Part shown: positions 46,955 to 57,000 of the stretch, piece after piece
Numbering within the stretch: the stretch's first letter is position 1
How the letters are laid out: each line of letters begins with the position of its first letter
Assembly: GCA_040754395.1 (NCBI GenBank)
Contig: JBFMCL010000008.1
Location: 50,823-114,822, forward strand
From: Nitrospirota bacterium
GTDB lineage: Bacteria > Nitrospirota > Thermodesulfovibrionia > Thermodesulfovibrionales > SM23-35
Direction: 5' to 3'
Length of the DNA stretch: 64,000 nucleotides
Notes under the pieces: model-generated
What the model saw: the letters and a program-made list of their open reading frames with translations, nothing else
What the model was told of the DNA's origin: nothing
Database searches by the model: none
Program-made: the position numbers and the translations under genes

Positions 46955-48235
46955 CTATTGAACGGCTGATGCGCGAAGGTCCTGAATGCCGGAAACCCTC
47001 TCGAGCAAGGCACCGGATACCCTGAGGTTCAGACGGGAACTGACCAGTTGTTCCCTTGCTGATGCGAGGAGGCTTTCGGCCTGCACCAATGAGAGGATAT
47101 CAGCCTTTCCTACCTTGTACTCACCGAATGCCTGGGAATAATTGTGCTCGGCCTGTTTGAGCTGCTGCTCAGCAACGTTCAGCTTGTTCAGGGAGGTCCT
47201 GAAATCCTCAAAAGTCTTCTGCACATCAAGCAGCAGAAGGCGTTTCAGTTCATTGAGGTTTTCGAATGAAGCGGTTTTTTCGAATTCCGATGAGCTTGAC
47301 CTGAAGAATTTACCGAGTTCAAAAACGTTCCAGGTAGCTCTCAGTGCAACGGTCTTTTCCTCGTCGAAAAAAGCCCCTGTGGTGCTGTCACCTTCATTCC
47401 TGATATACGATGCATTCACTGAGAGAGTCGGGAAAAAGGTGCTGCGGATTGCCGATAAGTTGTTTTCGGCGATTCTTACAGTGTCCTGCGCCTGCCGTAT
47501 TTCAGGTCGTTCCATTGCAGCCTCATAGAGCCCTGCAATATCGGGGAGCCTGGTATCCTGCTCAAGGGTTCCCTGAATCTCATATTCGCTTTCAAGGGGC
47601 CTTCCTATGAGTGAGTTGAGTTCGGAAAGGGATTTCCTGAGGTCGCCTTCAGCCTGTATGACATTGAATCTGGCCTGTTCGAGTCTTACGGATGACTGAA
47701 GCACGTCCGACAGCTTGGCAACACCAAACTGATACCTGCCGTCTGCGACCTCGTAATCTTTCTGCGCATCCTGAAGCTGGATTTTTCGCTGTGCAAGGGA
47801 CTCCTTCTGTGCAATCGCGGTGTAGAAAGCGACTTTAACGCTGAATTCAAGGTCGAGAAGGATTTTCCTCATCTCCTCCCTGCTGACGTCGAGGTTCAGT
47901 CTCGAGATATTCCTTGCGGCCTTTCTGTTCCCCCAATCGAAGACTGTGTAGGAAAGCGTGAGATCGTAGGTTCTTGTTTTGAATTCCCCCAATGAGGAAA
48001 AAATACGGCCTTCGGAAGCCGACGCATCGAGGCTCGGAAGATACGGAGAAAGCGAGGCATTGTACAGCGCTTCCGAAGATTTTACCTTAATCTGTGATGC
48101 CTTGTATGAAGGCAGATTTTCCTTTGCGAGGGACAGGGCCTCATGAAGGGTAAGCGAATGCGATAACCGGGAGGAAGCGATCAGGATGAGAAAAGCACAT
48201 GACAGATACACGCAATGCCGATAAAATGACTTCAT
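46955..48235 (-). CDS. TolC-family outer membrane protein
   Basis: Signal peptide; OEP repeats (YLPSL, RYQFG, RPEI, FFPTL). Confidence 0.9.
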   Translation of the reverse strand: MKSFYRHCVYLSCAFLILIASSRLSHSLTLHEALSLAKENLPSYKASQIKVKSSEALYNASLSPYLPSLDASASEGRIFSSLGEFKTRTYDLTLSYTVFDWGNRKAARNISRLNLDVSREEMRKILLDLEFSVKVAFYTAIAQKESLAQRKIQLQDAQKDYEVADGRYQFGVAKLSDVLQSSVRLEQARFNVIQAEGDLRKSLSELNSLIGRPLESEYEIQGTLEQDTRLPDIAGLYEAAMERPEIRQAQDTVRIAENNLSAIRSTFFPTLSVNASYIRNEGDSTTGAFFDEEKTVALRATWNVFELGKFFRSSSSEFEKTASFENLNELKRLLLLDVQKTFEDFRTSLNKLNVAEQQLKQAEHNYSQAFGEYKVGKADILSLVQAESLLASAREQLVSSRLNLRVSGALLERVSGIQDLRASAVQ

Positions 48236-48356
48236 ATAGTCTCCAGTTACAAAAATTCTCGTGCCAAGATACAGTTAGAGTTATTATAATGAACTCAGTT
48301 GTTGAAGTAAAATTATTTGCTGTTGATCTATGCCGGAATGATGAGAGCGGAATAGC

Positions 48357-49253
48357 ATGGACCCTGTCACACACGGACTTGCTGGCACGGTAATCTATAA
48401 TCTGGGCTTCAGGAAAGGATCCGCGTTCTGGGTGCTGATCCTTGCGTCATTCGCCCCGGATTTTGATTATATTACGCGTCTGTGGGGCGCTGATGTGTTT
48501 CTCAGATACCACAGGGGGATAACGCACGGAATTCTGGCTCTTTTTTTGGTGCCGTTAATCATCGGCGTGTTTTTTGGCAGAAAAAGGAACTTCCTCTATT
48601 ACACTTTTCTTGCCTTTGTTGCCTACGCAGTACATCTCCTTCTTGATCTGATGACGCAATACGGGACACGAATTCTGTCTCCCCTTGACTGGCACCAGTA
48701 TGCGCTTAACCTCATGTTTATCATAGACCCGTACGTCACGCTCGGGCTCATCCTCTGTGCCATTTTCTGCAAGATTCACAAAAGAAAGGCTTCGCTGATC
48801 GCATTATCGACAGTCGTGCTGTTCGTCTGTTACGCAGGGGGGCGATATTATCTCCATGGCAAGACAACCGAGTTTCTGCGACAGCAGCTTGATGAAAACA
48901 CTTACAGAGTCTGTCCCTTACCGAATGATTTTCTGAGGTGGTGGTTTGTGGCCAAGTCCGGAGACCACATGAAGGTGGGGTTTGCAGACCTTTTCTCGCA
49001 GAGGGTATGCATTCAGGAATCATACACTCTCAGCAGCAAGGACCCTTTTGCAGAACGGTCCAAGTCTACCAGAGTGGTGAGAAATTTTCTGTATTTTGCC
49101 CGTTATCCCCATGTGGAAGTGCTCAGGGAAGAGGAGAAAACCACGGTCATCTGGCGTGAACTTGCGTTTTCCTTCAGGGCAGGAGAACATTTCATTGCAA
49201 AGGTGATTTTTGACAGGAAGGGAGATATGATCGACGCATATTTCAGGTTCTGA
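48357..49253 (+). CDS. Membrane metal-dependent hydrolase (YdjM family)
   Basis: MDPVTHGL, PDFD, HRGITH, HLLLD, FIIDP. Confidence 0.88.
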   Translation: MDPVTHGLAGTVIYNLGFRKGSAFWVLILASFAPDFDYITRLWGADVFLRYHRGITHGILALFLVPLIIGVFFGRKRNFLYYTFLAFVAYAVHLLLDLMTQYGTRILSPLDWHQYALNLMFIIDPYVTLGLILCAIFCKIHKRKASLIALSTVVLFVCYAGGRYYLHGKTTEFLRQQLDENTYRVCPLPNDFLRWWFVAKSGDHMKVGFADLFSQRVCIQESYTLSSKDPFAERSKSTRVVRNFLYFARYPHVEVLREEEKTTVIWRELAFSFRAGEHFIAKVIFDRKGDMIDAYFRF

Positions 49254-49399
49254 AAAGAAAGCCCAGCGTTTTTTTGGTATCCCTACCAGAGTAGGATTTA
49301 TTATTCCCCTGCATCGTATAAAATATTACGCATTTATCAATAAGGAAAGGAGATACAATATGATCAAAAAATGCGGGAGAGTGAAGTTCTTCAAAAAAC

Positions 49400-50386
49400 A
49401 TGCTGGCGGTGGGTATTTTTTTCGTCATGTCGCTCTGGATGATATTTCCCATGGCGCATGCAAACAGTGGGGCTGTTAATCCGACTGCGCAGCTTACAAT
49501 ATCCGAGGTATTGGTTGACTTCGAGGACGGCATTATTTACATCAGGGGATCAAATTTTAAAAACGGAACTCGTCCGAATGTGCTGCTGGGCAAGGATACG
49601 GTTCCGCTTTCCGTTATCGGGACCCCCACAGCCAGTGTAATTATGGCCGTCCTGCCACCGGTACCTGACGGGGATTATGTACTGAAGGTTTCTACGGGGT
49701 ATACATCATATCAGAACGATGCCTACGATCTGACAATTGGAGCAGTAGGGCCACAGGGACCCCAGGGAGAAAAGGGAGATACAGGACCACAGGGGGAAAA
49801 GGGTGACACCGGCGCGACCGGAGCAACAGGGGCGACAGGACCACAGGGGAAAACAGGCCCTTTGGGCCCAGCGGGACCGAAAGGCGATACGGGAGATCCG
49901 GGCAAGACGTACACCGGCAGCAGCCCGGTTTCTGTGAACAACACCCTGAACACCATCGGGCTTAACGCTGCCATACAAGCCGGAGATTTAATGACCTGGG
50001 ACGGTAACAACTGGGTAGCGCAACAGCCTGCTGTCCAGCGTTTTACTCTCAGTAACATGCAGCCCTATACGACGGTGAGTTTCCAGATAGCGTTGGTGGG
50101 CTTATACCCAACGAGAAATGGCATAGACCCTTTCATAGGTGAAATCATGATGACCGGATTTAATTTTGCAACGAGAGGATGGGCTTTATGTAACGGACAA
50201 TTGCTCTCGATAGCAGAAAACAGTGCATTATTTTCCCTCCTGGGAACAACCTATGGAGGAGACGGGAGAACCACGTTTGCACTCCCTGACCTCCGCGGCA
50301 GGGTGCCTGTGCATTTTGGTCAGGGGCCTGGACTTTCAAATTATCGAATAGGACAAAGTGGAGGTTCGGAGACGATTTCCCGGTAA
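49400..50386 (+). CDS. Secreted collagen-repeat protein with C-terminal phage tail-collar (MdpB-like) domain
   Basis: Signal peptide ending AHA; G-X-Y run; [41 protein letters not shown]. Confidence 0.85.
   Translation: MLAVGIFFVMSLWMIFPMAHANSGAVNPTAQLTISEVLVDFEDGIIYIRGSNFKNGTRPNVLLGKDTVPLSVIGTPTASVIMAVLPPVPDGDYVLKVSTGYTSYQNDAYDLTIGAVGPQGPQGEKGDTGPQGEKGDTGATGATGATGPQGKTGPLGPAGPKGDTGDPGKTYTGSSPVSVNNTLNTIGLNAAIQAGDLMTWDGNNWVAQQPAVQRFTLSNMQPYTTVSFQIALVGLYPTRNGIDPFIGEIMMTGFNFATRGWALCNGQLLSIAENSALFSLLGTTYGGDGRTTFALPDLRGRVPVHFGQGPGLSNYRIGQSGGSETISR
49739..49909 (+). repeat. Collagen-like repeat, 19 G-X-Y triplets
   Basis: [24 protein letters not shown]...GDPGKT. Confidence 0.9.
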
Positions 50387-50456
50387 GAGAGGGAACGTTT
50401 GACAGAGCAGCCTTTTATCAGCAAGAAGGCTTCTCCGGATATAATGAAGCGCTGGA

Positions 50457-52178
50457 ATGATAAAAACTCACGCTGACAGGTTTCTTCTTTTTTTTCTTCT
50501 TGCTGTTGGTGTATTGTTTTTTGGGGTCGGCCGGACATGTGCGGAGCCTTCCACAGACCGGGACTGGTTTCTTGCCGCGGTCAATGCACCGAGTGACATG
50601 AAACCGGCTAAGGGGAAAAAGAAGATCGTTGTCGCTATTGTCGATGACGGAGTGAGAATCACCCATCAGGATTTGAAGGGTTTCATCTGGACAAATCCGA
50701 GAGAGATTCCCGGAAACAATATTGACGACGACGGCAACGGGTTTGTGGACGATGTCCATGGATGGGATGTTTCTGACAACAGGAATTCGGTTATTCCCCC
50801 GAAGGGAAGGCTTCAGGAGTATTATCACGGGACGCACCTTGCGGGCATTATCGCGCGTATCGCCCGCAATGCATATGGCGATGCCGCAACGGACTTCATA
50901 CGGATCATGCCGGTAAAAAGCCTCTCTGACAAGGCTGACAAGCCTTATATCAGGGACGGTTACAAGGGGATCGAATATGCGGTGAAATCAGGGGCTGATA
51001 TTGTCCTCTGCGCGTGGGGGGCAGGACAGATTTCCCCTGATGAAGAGAAGATTCTTGAGAACGCCCGGAAACACGGCGTCCTTATTGTGGCTTCCGTAGG
51101 CAATTTCCCGGAGGAACGGGAACAGTTCCCTGCCGCCCACGGCGGTGTTCTGGGTGTTGCTGCAATAGGGCAGGATAAGAAGAAGATAGAAAAATCGAAT
51201 TTTGGTGCATTCATCGATCTGTCCGGGCCGGGAGTGAACATATGGAGTTCCAGTGTACTATCCGACTCCGGATACGAGCAAAGGGACGGTTCTTCTTCCG
51301 CGGCTGCAATAGTTGCCGCTGCCGCGGCAATTGTGCAGCGCCAGCATCCGTCATATTCTGCCGAAAAAATAACTGCCTGTTTGAAAAGCTCGGCGGATGG
51401 CATTCACGTAGAAGACGTCCAGTACAGCGCAAAGCTTGGCGCAGGGGCATTGAATATCAGCGCAGCGGCTGTATGCAGGCTCTTTCATCAAAAGACACCG
51501 AAAGTCAGCACACTCGACAATCCACAGGGGTATCTGCATTTTCACAATTCCGGGGAAAAGCTTTCATCCTGGACGATCAAACCGCAGGGCGTTTTCAGGG
51601 GGATCAGGTTCAGCCTTCTTTCATTGCAGGGCAAGCCGGGCAAAGGAATGGTGAGTTTTTATTCGGGAGATTTGTCTGAAAAGAAATTGCTTGCACGGTA
51701 TCCTCTGTCTCGTCTTCCTGAAGATGTCTATGTGCCGGGAACGATCGCATCTGTGACTTTTGAAACTGCACTGCCTGACAGAAAACTCAGCTGGCTCATG
51801 GAGTACCACGCGGAACCGATCAAATTCAGCACGTTATACTGCAGCGGAACAGTCCATGTCGCTGAAGAAGGAATATTGGAAGACGGAAGCGGTCCTGAGA
51901 ATTACTCTCCCAAAAGCGACTGCAAGTGGCTTGTCACTGCTCCGGAAGGGAACGTTATCCATTTCACGTTCACTGAATTTGATACTGAGGCCAGGACCGA
52001 CCTGCTGTATTTTTTTCACGGAGCGGGAACCCATGAAAAAATCATGGCAATCTTTAGCGGTCCGGGCATTCCGCAGGAACTCACTACCTGGAGCAACCAG
52101 GTTCTGGTATGGTTTGTCGCTGACGGCAAAAACCAGGGGAAAGGCTGGAAAGCGGAAATCCGCTTTAAGGAGCCGTAA
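50457..52178 (+). CDS. S8 (subtilisin-like) peptidase with C-terminal CUB domain
   Basis: VAIVDDG, DDDGNGFVDD, HGTHLAG, SVGN, DGSSSAA; CUB-like YSPKSDCKW..FTEFDTE. Confidence 0.85.
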   Translation: MIKTHADRFLLFFLLAVGVLFFGVGRTCAEPSTDRDWFLAAVNAPSDMKPAKGKKKIVVAIVDDGVRITHQDLKGFIWTNPREIPGNNIDDDGNGFVDDVHGWDVSDNRNSVIPPKGRLQEYYHGTHLAGIIARIARNAYGDAATDFIRIMPVKSLSDKADKPYIRDGYKGIEYAVKSGADIVLCAWGAGQISPDEEKILENARKHGVLIVASVGNFPEEREQFPAAHGGVLGVAAIGQDKKKIEKSNFGAFIDLSGPGVNIWSSSVLSDSGYEQRDGSSSAAAIVAAAAAIVQRQHPSYSAEKITACLKSSADGIHVEDVQYSAKLGAGALNISAAAVCRLFHQKTPKVSTLDNPQGYLHFHNSGEKLSSWTIKPQGVFRGIRFSLLSLQGKPGKGMVSFYSGDLSEKKLLARYPLSRLPEDVYVPGTIASVTFETALPDRKLSWLMEYHAEPIKFSTLYCSGTVHVAEEGILEDGSGPENYSPKSDCKWLVTAPEGNVIHFTFTEFDTEARTDLLYFFHGAGTHEKIMAIFSGPGIPQELTTWSNQVLVWFVADGKNQGKGWKAEIRFKEP

Positions 52179-52255
52179 GGCAATCCGGGATATTGCCAAC
52201 TTATGGAATTTTCTCCAGTGTTCCCTGTAAACTGTGGTATTGCGGAGGAGTTGCA

Positions 52256-52609
52256 ATGACAGAAAAGCGAAAGCATAAGCGGGTTCCTCTGTACGGAACA
52301 GCAACCCTGAGAGTGAAGGACAGGGACGGGGAGAGATCCCTCCAGGCCCTGCCGGCCAATATCTCCCTTGGAGGCATCGGATTGTATTCCGATGATGCAA
52401 TAGAGACGCAGACAGGGATACTCATGAATATCAGTTTCGTTTCGGCAGAAGGTGAGGCACAGGCCGATTCTCTGGAAGGTGAAGTGATTTACGTGAAAAA
52501 GATAGGAGATATCTATTTCCTGGGTATCAGGTTTTCTGAGGAGATAGATGCCGAAAACGCTCCAATGCTACACGCGCATATCCGGAAAACCTTTGACTGG
52601 AACAAATAG
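52256..52609 (+). CDS. PilZ domain protein
   Basis: EKRKHKR (RxxxR) and NISLGG. Confidence 0.88.
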   Translation: MTEKRKHKRVPLYGTATLRVKDRDGERSLQALPANISLGGIGLYSDDAIETQTGILMNISFVSAEGEAQADSLEGEVIYVKKIGDIYFLGIRFSEEIDAENAPMLHAHIRKTFDWNK

Positions 52610-52664
52610 CGCACGCAGTGAGCAGTCTTCAATGCCTGAACGTTCAGCCTGAAACCCAAAGGAT

Positions 52665-53942
52665 TTACTGGTATACCATGGACGCTATTTTCTGGGTCAG
52701 GTCTCCGAGCATGTTGGTGTAGCTTCCGAGTTCATTGTCGTACCACCCGTAGATTACCGCCTGGGTAATGGGAATCTGTATCTTCTCCGGAAGTTTCTTC
52801 ATATACTCTGCCGGCATTGCGCAGAATTTCGAAAGGTCGAGGGTAATAAACGCAGTCCTTGTGTGTGTCTCGTGGCCTTCGATAATCGTCGCAGGGCCAA
52901 AGTGGCCGACAATGTCTGAAGAGACGTTCTGTTCGTCGGTATATTTGATATACCCTCTCTTTTCCTTCTGCTCCGCGTCACGATAAATACTGTTGAGGAG
53001 AGTCCTGTTGATCGCAGGTCCTTCGACCTCATCGGAAAAGGTTACCACCAGGATGATCAATGAACCTGCAGACGTGGGAATGCGCACAGACTCGGCACTG
53101 AAACCTATCTGTTTCATTTCCGGAATCACGAGTTCCAGTGTTTTTGCTGCTCCGGTTGTGGTCAGAATGATATTGTTCATGATGCTCCTGTTTTTCCGAA
53201 GATCAGTCGCACCGGATTTTGGAAGCCTGTCAAGTACCTCCTGTGTGCCGGTTGCGGCATGTACAGTGGCCATTGAGGCGTTCAGTACCTTCTGTGCACC
53301 GAAATGATCAAGGAGCGGCTTGATCATATACGCAAGACAGGTAGTGGTGCAGGATGCGGCTGAGACAACATGGTGCTTTGCATTGTTGTAGGTCTCATCG
53401 TTGATGCCGATTACAATGGTTGTCGCATTGTCGGGCATCTGGATGCCCTTTTCCTTAATCTTGAAGGGAGCCGAAACAATGACTTTCTCTGCACCCGCCT
53501 CGATATGTCCGAGTGCAGATCCTTCCTTTGCATCAGGAGGGACTGAGGGGTCTTTGAACTTGCCTGTCGCCTCTACGACAACTTTGGCTCCGTAGTCCTT
53601 CCAGCGGATATTTCTCGGGTTCCGCGACTCACGCAGAACAGTAACGGGAATGCCGTCGATGCGCATTGTCCCTTTTTCTTCATCGATATTTTCGATAACC
53701 CTCTCTGATCTGTACCCGTGAAGATACTGATGCAGCGAGCCGTAGGTGGAGTCTTTTTCTATATACAGGGCGACATCTTCCAGTTTTGTCCCGGCTTTTC
53801 TGCCGATGTTTACGACGATTTCAGAGAAATATTTTCTTCCCACATGATTCCAGAGTGACAGTTTGCCGATTCTTCCCAGCCCGTTGATACCGAGTACAGG
53901 CTTGTTTCCAGAGATCATCTTTGCTTTTCTCCTTTCAGCCAT
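52665..53942 (-). CDS. Type I glyceraldehyde-3-phosphate dehydrogenase-like protein (divergent)
   Basis: GINGLGRIG, ASCTTTCLA, TTTGAAK, WYDNE. Confidence 0.88.
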   Translation of the reverse strand: MAERRKAKMISGNKPVLGINGLGRIGKLSLWNHVGRKYFSEIVVNIGRKAGTKLEDVALYIEKDSTYGSLHQYLHGYRSERVIENIDEEKGTMRIDGIPVTVLRESRNPRNIRWKDYGAKVVVEATGKFKDPSVPPDAKEGSALGHIEAGAEKVIVSAPFKIKEKGIQMPDNATTIVIGINDETYNNAKHHVVSAASCTTTCLAYMIKPLLDHFGAQKVLNASMATVHAATGTQEVLDRLPKSGATDLRKNRSIMNNIILTTTGAAKTLELVIPEMKQIGFSAESVRIPTSAGSLIILVVTFSDEVEGPAINRTLLNSIYRDAEQKEKRGYIKYTDEQNVSSDIVGHFGPATIIEGHETHTRTAFITLDLSKFCAMPAEYMKKLPEKIQIPITQAVIYGWYDNELGSYTNMLGDLTQKIASMVYQ

Positions 53943-54029
53943 ATCGTTCATCCCTTCATTCCACGCAGGTTGTGCTCCGGGCCCGGAGCCGCAGGACAAC
54001 TATGCATATTATACCACTCGGAAAAATAT

Positions 54030-57000
54030 CTACAACTTGGCAGGCAATTCTGCCTTTATTTCTCTTACCGGATGTTTGCCGAAAAAGACAGAACCATTGC
54101 GGCCATCGATGCTCAGGAAATCCCCGACTTTTATTACCCGCTTGTTCAGTTTGCATTTTTTCTGGGTTTCCCAGACTATCAGGTTGTTACAGCTGACAAC
54201 ACAGGTTTTGCCGAGACGGTTTGCAATGATGGAGGCATGAGAAGTGGAACCTCCGCGGGCTGTCAGCAGCCCGTCCGCGGCCGAGATATGCCTGATATCG
54301 TCAGGTACCGTATCGGATCTGATGAGGATCAGGTGGGTATCGGGATCCTTCTCCCTGAGTTTGCGGATTTCGTCCAGATCGAATACAACCCTTCCGCTCA
54401 GCGCCCCTCCTCCGACTCCGATGCCCCTTGAAAGGTAACTTGAAGTCAGCTTTTTTGAAGGAAGGAATGCCATGAAACTTTCTTTTCGCGTGATCGACAT
54501 GTCGCGCGTCTGAAGAATATACAGCTTGTCGCTGTTTCTTCCCTCAAAGGTGAATTCAACCTCCTGGGCACCCCATCGTTCCTGATAGATAAGGTCCTTG
54601 CAGATCTTGAGCAGCGCGGCATAAAGATCTGGAAAACTCTCTTCAAATGAGATTTCCGATGTCCTGTCCTCGAAGGGTTTCTGGTCGTCTGAGATGGGAA
54701 GAGTCCGTATGAGACCGGAGACAATATCTTCTCCCTGTGCACCGATGGCAAAATCACCCCAGAGCATTACCTTGTCAACGGAATCCTGGGGATTGCGGGT
54801 GAAAAGGACGCCGGTGCCGGAATTGATGTCAAGATTTCCGTAGGCCATCGCCTGAACAATTACCGCGGTGCCCCAGTTTTCGGAAATTCCCATTATCTCG
54901 CGGTATGCCTGGGTCTTCTGCGAGAACCAGGATTTAAAGACCTGTTCAATTGCGATCTGCAGCTGCGTGTTCGGGTCATCAATGATTTCTATGCCGCTGT
55001 TTCTGATCGCCTCCCGGTATGAGAAGGCAATTTCTCTCATCTGATCCGGGGTAAACTGAATCTTCCTGAGAACTTTATAGTGCTCCTTGCATGAGTTCAT
55101 GATATCATCAAAACTGTCCCGTTCCATGCCGAAAGACATCCCCCAGCACTGGAGGAATCGCCGATAGCAGTCCCACACGAACCAGGGCTTTGAAGTCTGT
55201 TTGAGCAGTCCGCGGCAGACTGATTCATTCATGCCGACATTAAGAAAGGAGATCATCATGCCGGGCATAGAGATCGCACCGCCGCTTCTTACCGATACAA
55301 GCAGAGGGTTTTCAGGGTCACCGAAGAACTTGCCGGTCTGCTTTTCGAGTGTCTGCATCTTTTTTCTGATACCTTCATCGAGATGCTCTCTGACATGCCT
55401 GAATCTGTGTATTGCCTTCTCGCAGCGGAATACTTCTGTCGTGATGATGAAGCCCGGAGGAACGGGAATGCCGAGAGAGGCGAGCTTGATGAGATTATAT
55501 CCCTTGTTCCCGAGATGAATCCTGTCGATAGTCGCCTTGTTTGGGGTATGAATACCTGAAAGCGCCTTTTTGGGGTCATAGCTCATAAGGAGATCGAGAT
55601 TCCCCACATCGAGTCCCTCCGCCTGTTCGAACAGCGTCTTCAGTATCCTGCTGACAAAATTATCCAGCTGCTGAAGTCCCAGCGATTCCGCAACAGTTTC
55701 TCTGAGAAACTGCTCGGAAATTGTGTTGATGAACTCCGGCTCACTTTGTTCGGTACCTGTGTGGAGGTACTTTGGCAAGATAAGGGTACTCTCCATCAGA
55801 GGGATAATCTGCTTAAGGGTGTTCTTGTAGATGCCGTCATAATAGGTATTGAGAACGTCCTGCACAGCTTCGGAGAAGCCTCTGAATATATCGATGTACT
55901 GGGAAAAGGAGAATCTCCGGACCTCGAGCGCGACGGAAAGCAGTTCCATCGCATTCTCCAGTTTGTTCGAGGAGATGCCGTCCAGCCTGAGCGCCTGGAA
56001 AAACAGAGAGACGAATTTCTCTATCTGAAAGAGTGTGGCCCTCGTAATGAACCTGAGGTTTATGGAATTAATGAGTTCTTCGAAGAGGATATTTGCCAGG
56101 TTTTCGAGGCGGAAGGTAATCGAGAGCGCATCGAATTTTCTTTCATGATAGTTCCCGTACATGGAAGGAATGCCTGCGGCGATGTGTCTTTTGCGAAAGA
56201 CGTTTTCGACAGGCTCAAATCTTTCCGTGGAAAGGATGATGTCTTTTAAAAGCCCGAGATATTTCAATACTTCCCTGAGCCGCTGGGATACGGTCCCGTT
56301 TTCCAGTACCGTGATCAGTGGCCCGGCATGAGGCAGTCCAAGGCTCTGCGCAAACTTCAGCTGGTCTTTGATATCCTGCGTGTCCAGGTTATATTTTTTG
56401 TTCAGAAGCTGATAGAATTTTACCGTGAGGAATGCGCGTCTCTTCTCTTTTTCGGATACGTTCTGTGTACCATAAGCAAGAGCTGCAATCTCGTCATCGT
56501 CAAGATACAGGAGATCGGATACTTCGGAAAGCCCCTTCTGGTCAAAGAGGTCGTTAAAGACCGTCCGCAATTCATCCACATACGGACCTGAGACGGCAAT
56601 CTGTTCATAAATGTGTTCAGGCAGGAAGCCCCTGAGCGGTTTTTTTTCTCCAGTTCTCCAGAAATTGATGACTTCCCGGATGAAATCGACCACCCGTGCA
56701 CTGCTTTCCACATGACTCTGTTTCCGCAGAAAGTGCACGAGGACGTCGGTTCTGTGTGTGGATTCATCCACTTCCGTTGACACTTCGCGCAGCGGACCCT
56801 CGGCGCCGATCTCACTGAAATAGACCGGGAAGCCTTTCGCCATCTGTTTGACAAGATGATACACGGGTTTTATGTCACTGTTGAGGAGTTTCGTGATATC
56901 TTTCTGGAAAATATCAGTGTCGCTTATGTGCACACCGCCCAGCTTCAGATTGATGATAAGGGCTGAAATGAGCGTTTTTGACCATTTTGGATCATTCTCG

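Noticed and set aside
49400..50386. Prophage suggested by the tail-collar domain
   Set aside because: There are no other phage genes, and the protein has a signal peptide and a cellular context.
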